A program made the translations under genes and the position numbers. Below, in pieces: positions 34,618 through 43,814 of a DNA stretch of 64,000 bases (the first letter of the stretch is position 1; each line of letters starts with the position of its first letter). Source of the DNA: a virus (Duplodnaviria > Caudoviricetes); the IMG/VR virus record IMGVR_UViG_3300027996_003878, one strand, 5' to 3'. Under the pieces are notes generated by a model. The model did not search any database. It had not been told where the DNA came from and saw nothing but the letters and a program-made list of their open reading frames with translations.

Positions 34618-35349
34618 TTATACCTTTAACCAATTTGGCGGTATCAAGTCTTTTGTATTATGAGTATAACGAAGCTTAGGACCAAACCAGCAAGAAGGAG
34701 CTACAACCTTCTTGCCCTTCGATTTAGACAAGAAGGCTCCCCACCATGAAAAAGATGAGTTCGCTATAATAAAATTTGAACAACTAATCATATTTGCTAG
34801 ATCGATGACTGGGCGCCTTTCCTCAGAAAAACTAAACTGATTGCCAATAAAATTCTTCTTACACCAAGATATATCATCGGAAAATATTAAATAATTTTTA
34901 CTATCACAGACCTCCATTGCTTTTTCATAATAATTATTTTTGCTTAAAATATTATAACACCCTTCATGAATTAAATAATCAGTGCGTCGCACGTGAAGTG
35001 CTGTATATTTATTAAAATTAGATTTTATCTTTGGACTTAAAAGTTTTTTTATTATATTAGAATGATCTTGCCAATATTTATAAGATTGAAAGTAGCCGCT
35101 TAAATTTAACAACTTGCCATTTGAATTGGGAATTGCTCGATAATGAAAATGTGGCTCTAAGTAAATCTGAGAGCGTTGAATTTTTTCAGAAAATTTATCG
35201 CTAGGTATACTAAAGTGATCGGCATATTTCCAACTAGGTAGAATCCAGTCATCACCATAATACAATGCCGCTCCTATAACGCCACTTATTTGAAATAACT
35301 GATTGCCAAGCTGACCCTTTTTGCCTAGCTCTTTAAATGTAAACGTCAT
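34618..35349 (-). CDS. Alpha-1,2-fucosyltransferase (GT11)
   Basis: GQLGNQLFQ, LSGYFQSYKY, ALHVRRTDY, IFSDDISWC, IANSSFSWWGAFL. Confidence 0.93.
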   Translation of the reverse strand: MTFTFKELGKKGQLGNQLFQISGVIGAALYYGDDWILPSWKYADHFSIPSDKFSEKIQRSQIYLEPHFHYRAIPNSNGKLLNLSGYFQSYKYWQDHSNIIKKLLSPKIKSNFNKYTALHVRRTDYLIHEGCYNILSKNNYYEKAMEVCDSKNYLIFSDDISWCKKNFIGNQFSFSEERRPVIDLANMISCSNFIIANSSFSWWGAFLSKSKGKKVVAPSCWFGPKLRYTHNTKDLIPPNWLKV

Positions 35350-35355
35350 AATGCT

Positions 35356-36099
35356 CTATAAGGATTCTAATCTTTGGTAACGTGGTTTAGAGCGAATATA
35401 GCGATCCATCGCCCCTTGCCTTTGCAAAGCAATGCGAAAGTCAGAAATCGGATTTTCATTATTATACATGTACAGTACATCATGTATATACCTACCATGA
35501 TGACCGCCCATTTCTACAAATGGAATGTAGAAAGATAAATCCCATGCGACATCAAGAAACTTCCCGCTGGGATCATAAAAGTCTTCTTTCTTTATCTTCT
35601 TGAAAAGTTTTGCATAAAAAGTACGCAAATGAGACGTACACCAAGGGTGATGTCTATAGATATTCAAATCAATAACGTTACGAGGTATAGGCGCACTACA
35701 GCCTCTTTGATTGTTTGGATAATTTAAATAAGAACCCCATGTAAACCAAACATCTGGATTAGAATAGATGCTGTTTATCTTTTCACAGACATTCTCATGA
35801 GCAAACCAATCATCGCCATCAAGAGTAATTATAACATCATCATCATTACAAGCATGAATCATATTATATAAATTACACATTGCACCAAGACGACGCTTAT
35901 TTTTAATTAATTCAAAATCAACGTCGATATTATTAGACTTTAAAAAGTTTTCAACTTTATCAGCGGTCCCATCAGAAGAGCAGTCATCAGTGTACACGAC
36001 CTTTAAATTTTTATAATTTTGTGTAACAATTGAAGATACGTTTTTCTCACACCATTTAATGTTATTATAACTAGGAACAACCACAACAATATTTTTCAT
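35356..36099 (-). CDS. Glycosyltransferase family 2
   Basis: VVVPSYN, TDDCSSD, LDGDDW. Confidence 0.88.
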   Translation of the reverse strand: MKNIVVVVPSYNNIKWCEKNVSSIVTQNYKNLKVVYTDDCSSDGTADKVENFLKSNNIDVDFELIKNKRRLGAMCNLYNMIHACNDDDVIITLDGDDWFAHENVCEKINSIYSNPDVWFTWGSYLNYPNNQRGCSAPIPRNVIDLNIYRHHPWCTSHLRTFYAKLFKKIKKEDFYDPSGKFLDVAWDLSFYIPFVEMGGHHGRYIHDVLYMYNNENPISDFRIALQRQGAMDRYIRSKPRYQRLESL

Positions 36100-36152
36100 A
36101 ATTTCCTTAAACTTGTTATTTATAGGATATATCAGAACTATTAAGAGGTATA

Positions 36153-37109
36153 ATGTCCAGCCCTAAACTAAACATAAATATAATTTATTCGCCTCAAAAA
36201 AGAGGCCCCCACGTTATCTTTGAAAACAAGCTTGCAAAGGTATACAATAGTAAAACTTACGATCAAAAAAAAATAAACATTGGAATGGGTTGGTACTCAA
36301 TTCGAAACCCTAAGGCTGGCGATAGCTTAATTGTAATAGAGCCTCGATGCGTTTTAGAAAGAGATTATAATCCAAAGTTTATATCGAAATATAAATATAT
36401 ATTTACATGGGCAACTAAGGCATTTAATAATATCAAGCTCCCGAATACAAAAATTATTGAGGTAAATCACCCCTGCGCGCATAGCAAAATAAACATAAAT
36501 AATCTTTCAAAGAAGTGGACTCCCTGGCAACAAAGGGAGAATGAAGTTGTTTTCATTGCAAATAACAAATCGTCCCCTCACATCTCACAACTTTACACAT
36601 TAAGAGTGAAGCTGGCTGATATGTTTCACCATCAATCTAAGATGAAGGTATCTTGGTACGGTCAAATACCGCTAAACAAGCCTTATTACAAAGGAACTGT
36701 AAAGTCTAAATTTGACGTCTTGTCTAAGGCAAAATTTACAGTATGCTCTGAAAACTCTTATCACAAAAAATACTCCCACAATTACTTTACAGAAAAGCTG
36801 CCCGACGCTTGGAAAGGCGGAGCGGTACCTTTATACATGGGTTGTTATAATATAGACGATTTTAAATTCCACCCCGACTCTTATATAGATTTAAGAAAAT
36901 ACGTTAAAAAAGATTTTACACCACAAAGCAAATATCATGAAATTGATAAGAAGCTAGTAAAGTTAGTAGATAACTTTACGGAAAATCATTATAAAAAATT
37001 AATAAGACAAGTTAAGCTTGAAGCCGAGAAGCCAAAAGGACTTAACCACATTGTTAGTTATGATAGATTTTACGAAAAAATAATAGAGACAATGTTAAAA
37101 GATAAATAA
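36153..37109 (+). CDS. Alpha-1,3/4-fucosyltransferase (GT10)
   Basis: AKFTVCSENS..NYFTEKLPDAWKGGAVPLYMG matches the GT10 alpha-1,3 motif. Confidence 0.88.
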   Translation: MSSPKLNINIIYSPQKRGPHVIFENKLAKVYNSKTYDQKKINIGMGWYSIRNPKAGDSLIVIEPRCVLERDYNPKFISKYKYIFTWATKAFNNIKLPNTKIIEVNHPCAHSKININNLSKKWTPWQQRENEVVFIANNKSSPHISQLYTLRVKLADMFHHQSKMKVSWYGQIPLNKPYYKGTVKSKFDVLSKAKFTVCSENSYHKKYSHNYFTEKLPDAWKGGAVPLYMGCYNIDDFKFHPDSYIDLRKYVKKDFTPQSKYHEIDKKLVKLVDNFTENHYKKLIRQVKLEAEKPKGLNHIVSYDRFYEKIIETMLKDK

Positions 37110-37122
37110 TATTATACCGCCG

Positions 37123-39306
37123 TTATAAGATATTAAATTTATCCAAAACTTCATTGTTATATTTATTTATTTCATCCTTATTATGGAAGCAATTTTTGTT
37201 ATTTTTTATTTTTGAAATATCATCTATCAAAGAATCAAGACCATTAAACTTATCTTTATTCAAATAAACTGTATTAGATTTTTGCTTTAAATACAAGTTA
37301 GACGTCAAAATAGGAATTTTAAAGAAATTAATCATATTCATAAATGAAGATATATAGTTAACATTATTATCTATATCTAAGACAAATTCAGCCATTTGAA
37401 TCACATAAAGCAATTTTTTATATGGCATATATTCGTTTACTGACTGTATAAAGCTCGGATAAGCGCCCCTTCCTCCAACTAGGACAATTTTCGGATAGCT
37501 ATCCTTCCAGTTACGAATCACAAAGTCCAAAGATTTATCATCCCTGTAAAACATAAGTACATACTTATTGTTTTTAAAATATTTATCTTTCGTACAAGTC
37601 GTCGCGAACAAGGGCTTACATTTCAGATGCACCCTTGCGTCTGGGCAAATTGTCTTCAATAACTCAAAATTTTCTAAACAAGGAGTGTATATGACTTTAC
37701 TTTTTTTAAGCACCTCCAATTGATCTTTCGACAATGATATTTTATCAAAAGAATCGACCCAAATATGAGAAGAGGGAACCAACATGCCGACTTCGCCAAT
37801 CAATAAAGAGCCTTTACTTAGACCATTACTCGCATTTAATAACTTCAAGTTAGGGCAAAATGCTTTTAATTTATTATAATAAAGAAATCCAGATGGGGTG
37901 GTCACCGCAATATTATTATTAAATTTAGTGAACTTTATATCTGAATCAGGAATGTAATATCTTGCAAAGAGTTTTGAAGTTGCATAAATTAAATCATCGT
38001 TATATTTTTTACTTACAAAGTTATCTATATTAGATTTTTCAAATATTTTTGAAGACAGAGGTGATATTATCGAGCTATCTAAAGAAGGAATGGCGTGTGC
38101 ATACGTAACTTTTCCATCATTTGCAATAGTAACCCTTGCGATGACGATATCCCCTGAACTCCTCTGCGCCTCTCTTTTTATAAATAATTTAAATGGCGGG
38201 ACTGCATTGCCAGAAGAAAGCTCTGCATGCGCATGAAGTTTACATTTAGCCTCTTTTAATTGAGGAGAAAGGCGGAATGACTCTGAAGTAATCACTCTAT
38301 TAGAGCGATCCATAATACCTACTTCTATAAAACCATTTCCCGTTATTTTCTTTGCAAGAAAATTTACTGTATAATACAAACCCGCCGATAAGGCAGGTAT
38401 AGTTTGTCTTATCAAGGCTCCGCGAGACATGCAAAGGCTTGACTTATTGTTTACATCTAAAAGCCGAACAAGACTTGATGTGACCGCACTGGCATTTAAA
38501 GCTTTTAAGCCATTAGAGTCTACTGTGTCGAAGATAACGCCCACAGGCACCTCTGACATGGTTCCTAAGAGCAGGTCTCTGCCGTATCGCTGCACTTTCC
38601 CACCAGAGCCGCCTGAGCCCTCATTAGGCCGCCTAACGCTCGGGGTTGGCTTGTTTCTATGTTTAAATATGTTTTGATTATTCCTTCTGCGAGCCGGGGG
38701 AGCCTTAGCGCCAGAGCCAAGAGAATAAGATAACACTTCACATGAGCCTAAAAAAACCAAGCGACTGCCGGATTTTTTATACATATTTGCAGGTCTCGTT
38801 TTCAAAACAATATCAGCATAACACCCATCCAAATAAGCGCCATGGCTTGCAAATAACCGACCATTAGAGACTTTTAAATTTTTATAATGCTTACAATACG
38901 AAAGTAACTCCTTCCAATTACCCTCAGACTTAGCCTCATTCTTCACAAAATACAAATTCACTTCTATTAACTTAATATCACCAGAGCTGTGCGCTGTTCT
39001 TGATAATTCAAAAGATTTAAAATTAGAAAAATCTGGCTCTATTATCTCCTGAGATTTCGATGATACAACATGATTTTTATTATGAATGCCGCTATTTTTA
39101 AATTCTGTAATTTTAAATAATCCATTTCCCGATTTGCGAGAGAATACCAAATCACAGCGCTCAATCTCACCCACGCCGCTAAAGTTGAACTTTAACCTTG
39201 CTGCCTTTCCTTCCAGGAGGCAACCGTCATTATCGAACCTACAAGATCTGTAAGAGGTAATAAAACTTTTAAGATGCAAGCCAGTGATTTGTTTTATACT
39301 AGTCAT
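37123..39306 (-). CDS. Mosaic protein: two repeated beta-sandwich-like modules plus a degenerate GT-B-like C-terminus
   Basis: Duplicated ..GNG..SSGDI.. module. C-terminal region has a GT-B-like alternation of strands and helices. Confidence 0.45.
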   Translation of the reverse strand: MTSIKQITGLHLKSFITSYRSCRFDNDGCLLEGKAARLKFNFSGVGEIERCDLVFSRKSGNGLFKITEFKNSGIHNKNHVVSSKSQEIIEPDFSNFKSFELSRTAHSSGDIKLIEVNLYFVKNEAKSEGNWKELLSYCKHYKNLKVSNGRLFASHGAYLDGCYADIVLKTRPANMYKKSGSRLVFLGSCEVLSYSLGSGAKAPPARRRNNQNIFKHRNKPTPSVRRPNEGSGGSGGKVQRYGRDLLLGTMSEVPVGVIFDTVDSNGLKALNASAVTSSLVRLLDVNNKSSLCMSRGALIRQTIPALSAGLYYTVNFLAKKITGNGFIEVGIMDRSNRVITSESFRLSPQLKEAKCKLHAHAELSSGNAVPPFKLFIKREAQRSSGDIVIARVTIANDGKVTYAHAIPSLDSSIISPLSSKIFEKSNIDNFVSKKYNDDLIYATSKLFARYYIPDSDIKFTKFNNNIAVTTPSGFLYYNKLKAFCPNLKLLNASNGLSKGSLLIGEVGMLVPSSHIWVDSFDKISLSKDQLEVLKKSKVIYTPCLENFELLKTICPDARVHLKCKPLFATTCTKDKYFKNNKYVLMFYRDDKSLDFVIRNWKDSYPKIVLVGGRGAYPSFIQSVNEYMPYKKLLYVIQMAEFVLDIDNNVNYISSFMNMINFFKIPILTSNLYLKQKSNTVYLNKDKFNGLDSLIDDISKIKNNKNCFHNKDEINKYNNEVLDKFNIL

Positions 39307-40072
39307 CGCCTTTATTTATATATAGTGACTTTACTCTATTAGCGTACAATCTGCAATTTTCATAAAATTTTGCCAAATTATCCTGATGAGCTTTTGTCTT
39401 AAACTCTCTATACTCACCGCGATCATTTTCACCTTCGCCAAGATGCACGCCATTCTCTTTTAAATACCCAAGGCGGAAGCCTAAGACCCTCGTCCGCATT
39501 CCCCAATCACTATCCTCCATTCCATAATACTTATAATCATGCTCATTAAAATATCCCAACATTTTATGTAAAGATTTATTAAAAACCATGCAAGCGGTCC
39601 CTAAATTACCCTGAGGTTTGTCCTGAAACTCAAACCCGTTTTTACTCACTAAGGTATAGTCAACATGCTCAAAATTAACCCCAATGGATCCATATTGAGG
39701 GTTATTTTTTACAATTTCAATGCAGTCAGTAAGCCAATTATTGGGAACAAGGACATCATTATCAATTGTAGCATACCAAGTTGTGTCTAAATCATTAGCC
39801 AAACTTAGCGCTTGGTTTCTAGCAATGGCAATTCCTTTATTTTCATTATTAAAATGAACTACCAATTCATTCAGACTGTCACAGCCAGGCTTAGTTTCAA
39901 TAAGTTCTTTTAAATATTTTATTGTATCATCTTTTTCAGAAAAATTATCAATTATAACAAGATTAAATGGGTGATTTGTTGTTTCAAACAAATTAGCCAA
40001 CATTTTTTTTGTCAAATCTAGACGATTAAATGTTACCATCATTACAGTTGCAATGTCTTTCATATTTTTCAA
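39299..40072 (-). CDS. Glycosyltransferase family 2
   Basis: MMVTFNR, IIDNFS, NKGIAIARN, IDND, YGMEDSDW. Confidence 0.88.
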   Translation of the reverse strand: MKNMKDIATVMMVTFNRLDLTKKMLANLFETTNHPFNLVIIDNFSEKDDTIKYLKELIETKPGCDSLNELVVHFNNENKGIAIARNQALSLANDLDTTWYATIDNDVLVPNNWLTDCIEIVKNNPQYGSIGVNFEHVDYTLVSKNGFEFQDKPQGNLGTACMVFNKSLHKMLGYFNEHDYKYYGMEDSDWGMRTRVLGFRLGYLKENGVHLGEGENDRGEYREFKTKAHQDNLAKFYENCRLYANRVKSLYINKGDD

Positions 40073-40076
40073 CCTT

Positions 40077-41054
40077 TTATTTTTTTAAAAAGAGATCTGC
40101 AATTTTATTAGGCGATAGATCTCTGCTAGTGTATATAACATTTTTATTTCCTAAAAATGTATTGTTCTTATTTAAATTAAAAGAAGTTTTTTGCGGTAGA
40201 GATATTAATCTACCACTCGATACAGCATTTGATACTAATAAATAATCTATTTCCTTCGAAAGGACCCCCGAAGCTTTTTTCAATAATATTAAAATAAAAC
40301 TCCATTTAAAGGGACAAACGACCGCTGAACTGTACAAATATGCTGATTTTTTATTAGAAATAATGACAGCCTGCACCCCTCCTTGCTTTAGAAAGGCCAC
40401 AAACGAACGCAATTGATTCAAGCTCCACCTCAAGCACTGCTTATTATGAATCGAATAGCCCGTAACATCTGGAAAAATCACTACGAACGGCTTTTGCGGG
40501 CTAAACTTATTTATCTTAGCCCAGCTGGCAAAGCCTTTACATGAATTGAAATTAAGATTCCTAAACTTTGGAATGAACTTATTGCTCCAATCAACAAGAC
40601 CATTGCTAACTATTTGTTTAATCAAACAGATAGGGTTTTTAAAACTCCTAGTGCTTGCTATAGACTTTGCTTTTAGGTAATTATTTAAAGAATTAAAATA
40701 AACATTTCTTTTTTTATCTAGAAAAATAGGCGCAGGATATTTTTTCACCAAGTCTTTTAAAGAGCTGTCTGCCTGATCTGAAACAATACCTTGCAATTTG
40801 ACTAGTTCAAAAAAGCAATTTTCGCCGGACCAACGCAAGGATGAATTAGGAAAATTATAATTCAACATCTCTATTATAGCCAGTGAGTAAAAAGACTCTA
40901 AAGCGCCCCCATGAGCTATAATAGTTATCTTCTTTTTATCAATTATTTCACTCAATAGATCATAATCAATTTTTGGCGCTATAATCCCACCCTTAACTTC
41001 CCACGGAATCCCCGGAGAAAAGGGCAAATATTTAATTTTAGGACTTGACTTCAT
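40077..41054 (-). CDS. GT9 (heptosyltransferase)-like protein, divergent
   Basis: AHGGALESFYS..ML, VVIFPD..WSLNQL..FL..G and LLKKAS follow the GT9 layout, but the canonical GD and DSG motifs are altered. Confidence 0.45.
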   Translation of the reverse strand: MKSSPKIKYLPFSPGIPWEVKGGIIAPKIDYDLLSEIIDKKKITIIAHGGALESFYSLAIIEMLNYNFPNSSLRWSGENCFFELVKLQGIVSDQADSSLKDLVKKYPAPIFLDKKRNVYFNSLNNYLKAKSIASTRSFKNPICLIKQIVSNGLVDWSNKFIPKFRNLNFNSCKGFASWAKINKFSPQKPFVVIFPDVTGYSIHNKQCLRWSLNQLRSFVAFLKQGGVQAVIISNKKSAYLYSSAVVCPFKWSFILILLKKASGVLSKEIDYLLVSNAVSSGRLISLPQKTSFNLNKNNTFLGNKNVIYTSRDLSPNKIADLFLKK

Positions 41055-41853
41055 TATAGCAGGGATTTTCTAAATACTTATGATAATCAATCACATACTT
41101 CCCTAGCCATTTTTCCTGAAAAAATCTAACATTATGAGACAAAAACATCTTATTTACAGGGTTTTTGTTTAACGATGCAGATGTCTTGTGCTCAATGTTA
41201 GTCGAACCGCAGCACACAACTTTTTCCTTTTGATTGATACTAATTTCTAAATTTAGATCTATATCCTCAAAGCTCCAATGTAAGTTTTTATTTAACTTCC
41301 CCGCCTTTTTATAACTGGAAGCCTTTACAAGACAACACGCAGCTGTGACCGCTTGAAAATATCTATTTTTCCTATCAAAAGAGCCCGTGCTTTCATGTGA
41401 CTTGATGTGCCAAGGCATATTTCCATGATTTCTGGAAAAAGCTACACCACAATGGCTTATTAAGTTTGTGTCAGGGAATAGAATTCTAGCACCACAGATT
41501 GCAGAATTTGTTTTAGACATTAAATCAATCATATTTGATATAGAAGCATCATCACAAAAACTGATATCATTATTTAATAATAAAACTAAATCATCGTCAC
41601 TTACACCAGACTCATCAAATAAAGAATTTACACCGACAGAAAAATTATCTCTATTGTGATCTTTTTTCAATAAATGAATTTTAGAAGAGCCTTTGCTCCA
41701 TTTGCTTATTTCATCAGGAGAGCCGTCCTTGCTCCCGTTATCACGAATCCACCAATTCCAATCAAATTTACTTAAGTTCGCCTCAAGCCCAGGCTTAAGC
41801 TTTTTAAGCATATCAAGGCCATTCCAATTTAATGTAAGTGCAAAAATCTTCAT
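41038..41853 (-). CDS. Glycosyltransferase family 2
   Basis: LTLNWN, RDNGSKD, LLNND, AVTAACCL, EDIDL. Confidence 0.88.
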   Translation of the reverse strand: MKIFALTLNWNGLDMLKKLKPGLEANLSKFDWNWWIRDNGSKDGSPDEISKWSKGSSKIHLLKKDHNRDNFSVGVNSLFDESGVSDDDLVLLLNNDISFCDDASISNMIDLMSKTNSAICGARILFPDTNLISHCGVAFSRNHGNMPWHIKSHESTGSFDRKNRYFQAVTAACCLVKASSYKKAGKLNKNLHWSFEDIDLNLEISINQKEKVVCCGSTNIEHKTSASLNKNPVNKMFLSHNVRFFQEKWLGKYVIDYHKYLENPCYNEVKS

Positions 41854-41869
41854 CTTTCAAACCCCTCAA

Positions 41870-42565
41870 TTAAACTCTTCCAGACCACTTGTCTGTAAAA
41901 ATTCTTTTCGCACCTTGATATAGCTCGCTAACACCCAGCTGATGGGCAGTTATGTGTCCAAAATGGATGACGGGAATCGGCACAAGTCTAAAGCCAATAC
42001 CTATTTCAGATGCCCTAAAACTTAAATCTGTATCCTCAAAAAAAGCAATACCAAACTCTTCACTAAATACCTGGCCATCCTTTGTCAAATCTAATTTATT
42101 CCAAGTATTTTTAGACGCACCAAGACACCAGCCACTCATATAATTAATAGGGCGACTTTCATCATTTGTTTCATATACAAAATCAAAAGTTTCAGAGACT
42201 AGCCCCCCTGTTGGACCAACCAATACATCATTCTCTTTATCTATAGCGTCAATCAGATCATCAACCCAAGAATCTCGACGTGACTTAACCCTTATGTCGT
42301 TGTTAAGAAATAAAACAGACTCTCCGCTGGACTCACGATAACCTCTATTACAACCTTTGGCGAAACCCTCATTCTGATCATTGCGTAAATACAATATATT
42401 ATTGTACCCCGAAAGCTCTCTGTGAGTTTGGTCTGTACTGCCGTTGTCCACAACTACAACCTCGCAATAATCAGGAAGCAACGCTAAATCCTTCAAACAA
42501 GCCTGCGTAAAATTAAACTTATTCCAAACAGGAATAACAATGCTTATCTTATATTTTTTATCCAT
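41870..42565 (-). CDS. Glycosyltransferase family 2
   Basis: IVIPVWN, VDNGSTD, GFAKGCN, FLNND, FEDTDL. Start reassigned to the ATG at 42565 (GAGG SD), removing the overlap with the upstream gene. Confidence 0.9.
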   Translation of the reverse strand: MDKKYKISIVIPVWNKFNFTQACLKDLALLPDYCEVVVVDNGSTDQTHRELSGYNNILYLRNDQNEGFAKGCNRGYRESSGESVLFLNNDIRVKSRRDSWVDDLIDAIDKENDVLVGPTGGLVSETFDFVYETNDESRPINYMSGWCLGASKNTWNKLDLTKDGQVFSEEFGIAFFEDTDLSFRASEIGIGFRLVPIPVIHFGHITAHQLGVSELYQGAKRIFTDKWSGRV

Positions 42566-42566
42566 A

Positions 42567-43688
42567 CTATACCTCGCATAAGGATAACATCTGACTCGCC
42601 ACATTATCCCAAGTAAATTTATCAACCGTCTCACTCATAGCCGAGCTAAATTTTTCTTTTAAAGCGTCAAGGTTATCAACAGCATATTTTAACTTAGAGG
42701 AAGCGTCTTCTAGATCTGGAACAAACATTTTTGCGTAAACACTAGGCGTCCAATATTGATAATTCTTTGGACACCTACCTTCTTTTCCAGATACTAGCAA
42801 TGAATTGCGATCATTCATAAAATCTAAATTTCCACCATTATTTGAAGCTATGACAACATTACCAGCCGCCATACCCTGTAAGCTAGGTATGTGAAAGCAC
42901 TCTATGTTAGAGAGCGAAAAATGAATATCACAAGTCAAAAAAAGAGACTCTATATTATCGATATAATCATAAATAACTTCAATATCTGCATGATTTGGAT
43001 TTTTCCTTTTCCATCTTTTAAAAAGATCAGAAAAACTCAACTCAAAAGGTTGCATGGGTTTTTTATTCACAACCTTTAGGACCAAGCAAACATCATCTTT
43101 TTTTGTAAAAGCTCTATTATAAGCATTCAAAATGCCTTCTAGATTCTTTCTTCTGTGAGCCTGACCGCATACATTTAAAATTTTTACTTTTTTATTTGTT
43201 TTTAATTTGTAAAACTGATCATCTGGCAACTCAAAGTCATCTTTATTGATGCCATGATGTATCACAGCCAACTTGCCTTTAGGGATATTGTTGTTTAAAA
43301 AAATATTTTTAGAATATTCTGATGATGGAAGTAATTTATCTATGAAATTATGATACTTCGCCCAACCCTTAGGTATTACAGAGCCATCGTAATTATAAAT
43401 GCCAAATCTATTTTTGGCTCCGTGAGATAAATAAGCAGGAAAATTATGCATCGCAGTATAACTAAACTGCATGTCGTATTCTTTGTATTTATTTAATAAA
43501 TATTTATCAACACCTTTTGATCTAAAGCCAAGTAAATTTGGCTTTAGATCTTCAGGAAAATGCTGAATACCGTTGGTAGACATAAGATGAACATCATGAC
43601 CCAACTTTATAAATGCCCTTGCAAGATTTCTCCCTACGACCGACCAGGAGTGGTTCTTACCAAGAAATTGTTGCGATATTATTCTCAA
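42567..43688 (-). CDS. Glycosyltransferase family 4 (GT-B)
   Basis: LLPSSEY, HRRKN, ECFHIPSLQGMAAG..VIAS..GGNLDF, FTWD. Confidence 0.88.
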   Translation of the reverse strand: MRIISQQFLGKNHSWSVVGRNLARAFIKLGHDVHLMSTNGIQHFPEDLKPNLLGFRSKGVDKYLLNKYKEYDMQFSYTAMHNFPAYLSHGAKNRFGIYNYDGSVIPKGWAKYHNFIDKLLPSSEYSKNIFLNNNIPKGKLAVIHHGINKDDFELPDDQFYKLKTNKKVKILNVCGQAHRRKNLEGILNAYNRAFTKKDDVCLVLKVVNKKPMQPFELSFSDLFKRWKRKNPNHADIEVIYDYIDNIESLFLTCDIHFSLSNIECFHIPSLQGMAAGNVVIASNNGGNLDFMNDRNSLLVSGKEGRCPKNYQYWTPSVYAKMFVPDLEDASSKLKYAVDNLDALKEKFSSAMSETVDKFTWDNVASQMLSLCEV

Positions 43689-43725
43689 ACCTCAGCCTAA
43701 CAAAAAAGATCATATTAATAAAAAT

Positions 43726-43759
43726 AATAAGAGCGCATAGCAACAGCCGCGCTCTTATT
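43726..43759 (-). terminator. Rho-independent terminator at the end of the structural operon
   Basis: AATAAGAGCGC...GCGCTCTTATT (11-bp arms) with an A-rich run on the left that gives the minus-strand U-tract. Confidence 0.75.
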
Positions 43760-43814
43760 TGACCCTTAATATTTTAAGGAAAGAAAAATATCTCGATAAA
43801 TTTAATTTAAATTT

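Noticed and set aside
42566-42634. N-terminal extension MRRLINLLGIMWRVRCYPYARYS of the GT2 ORF
   Set aside because: It overlaps the upstream GT4. The ATG at 42565 has a GAGG SD and gives a typical GT2 start.
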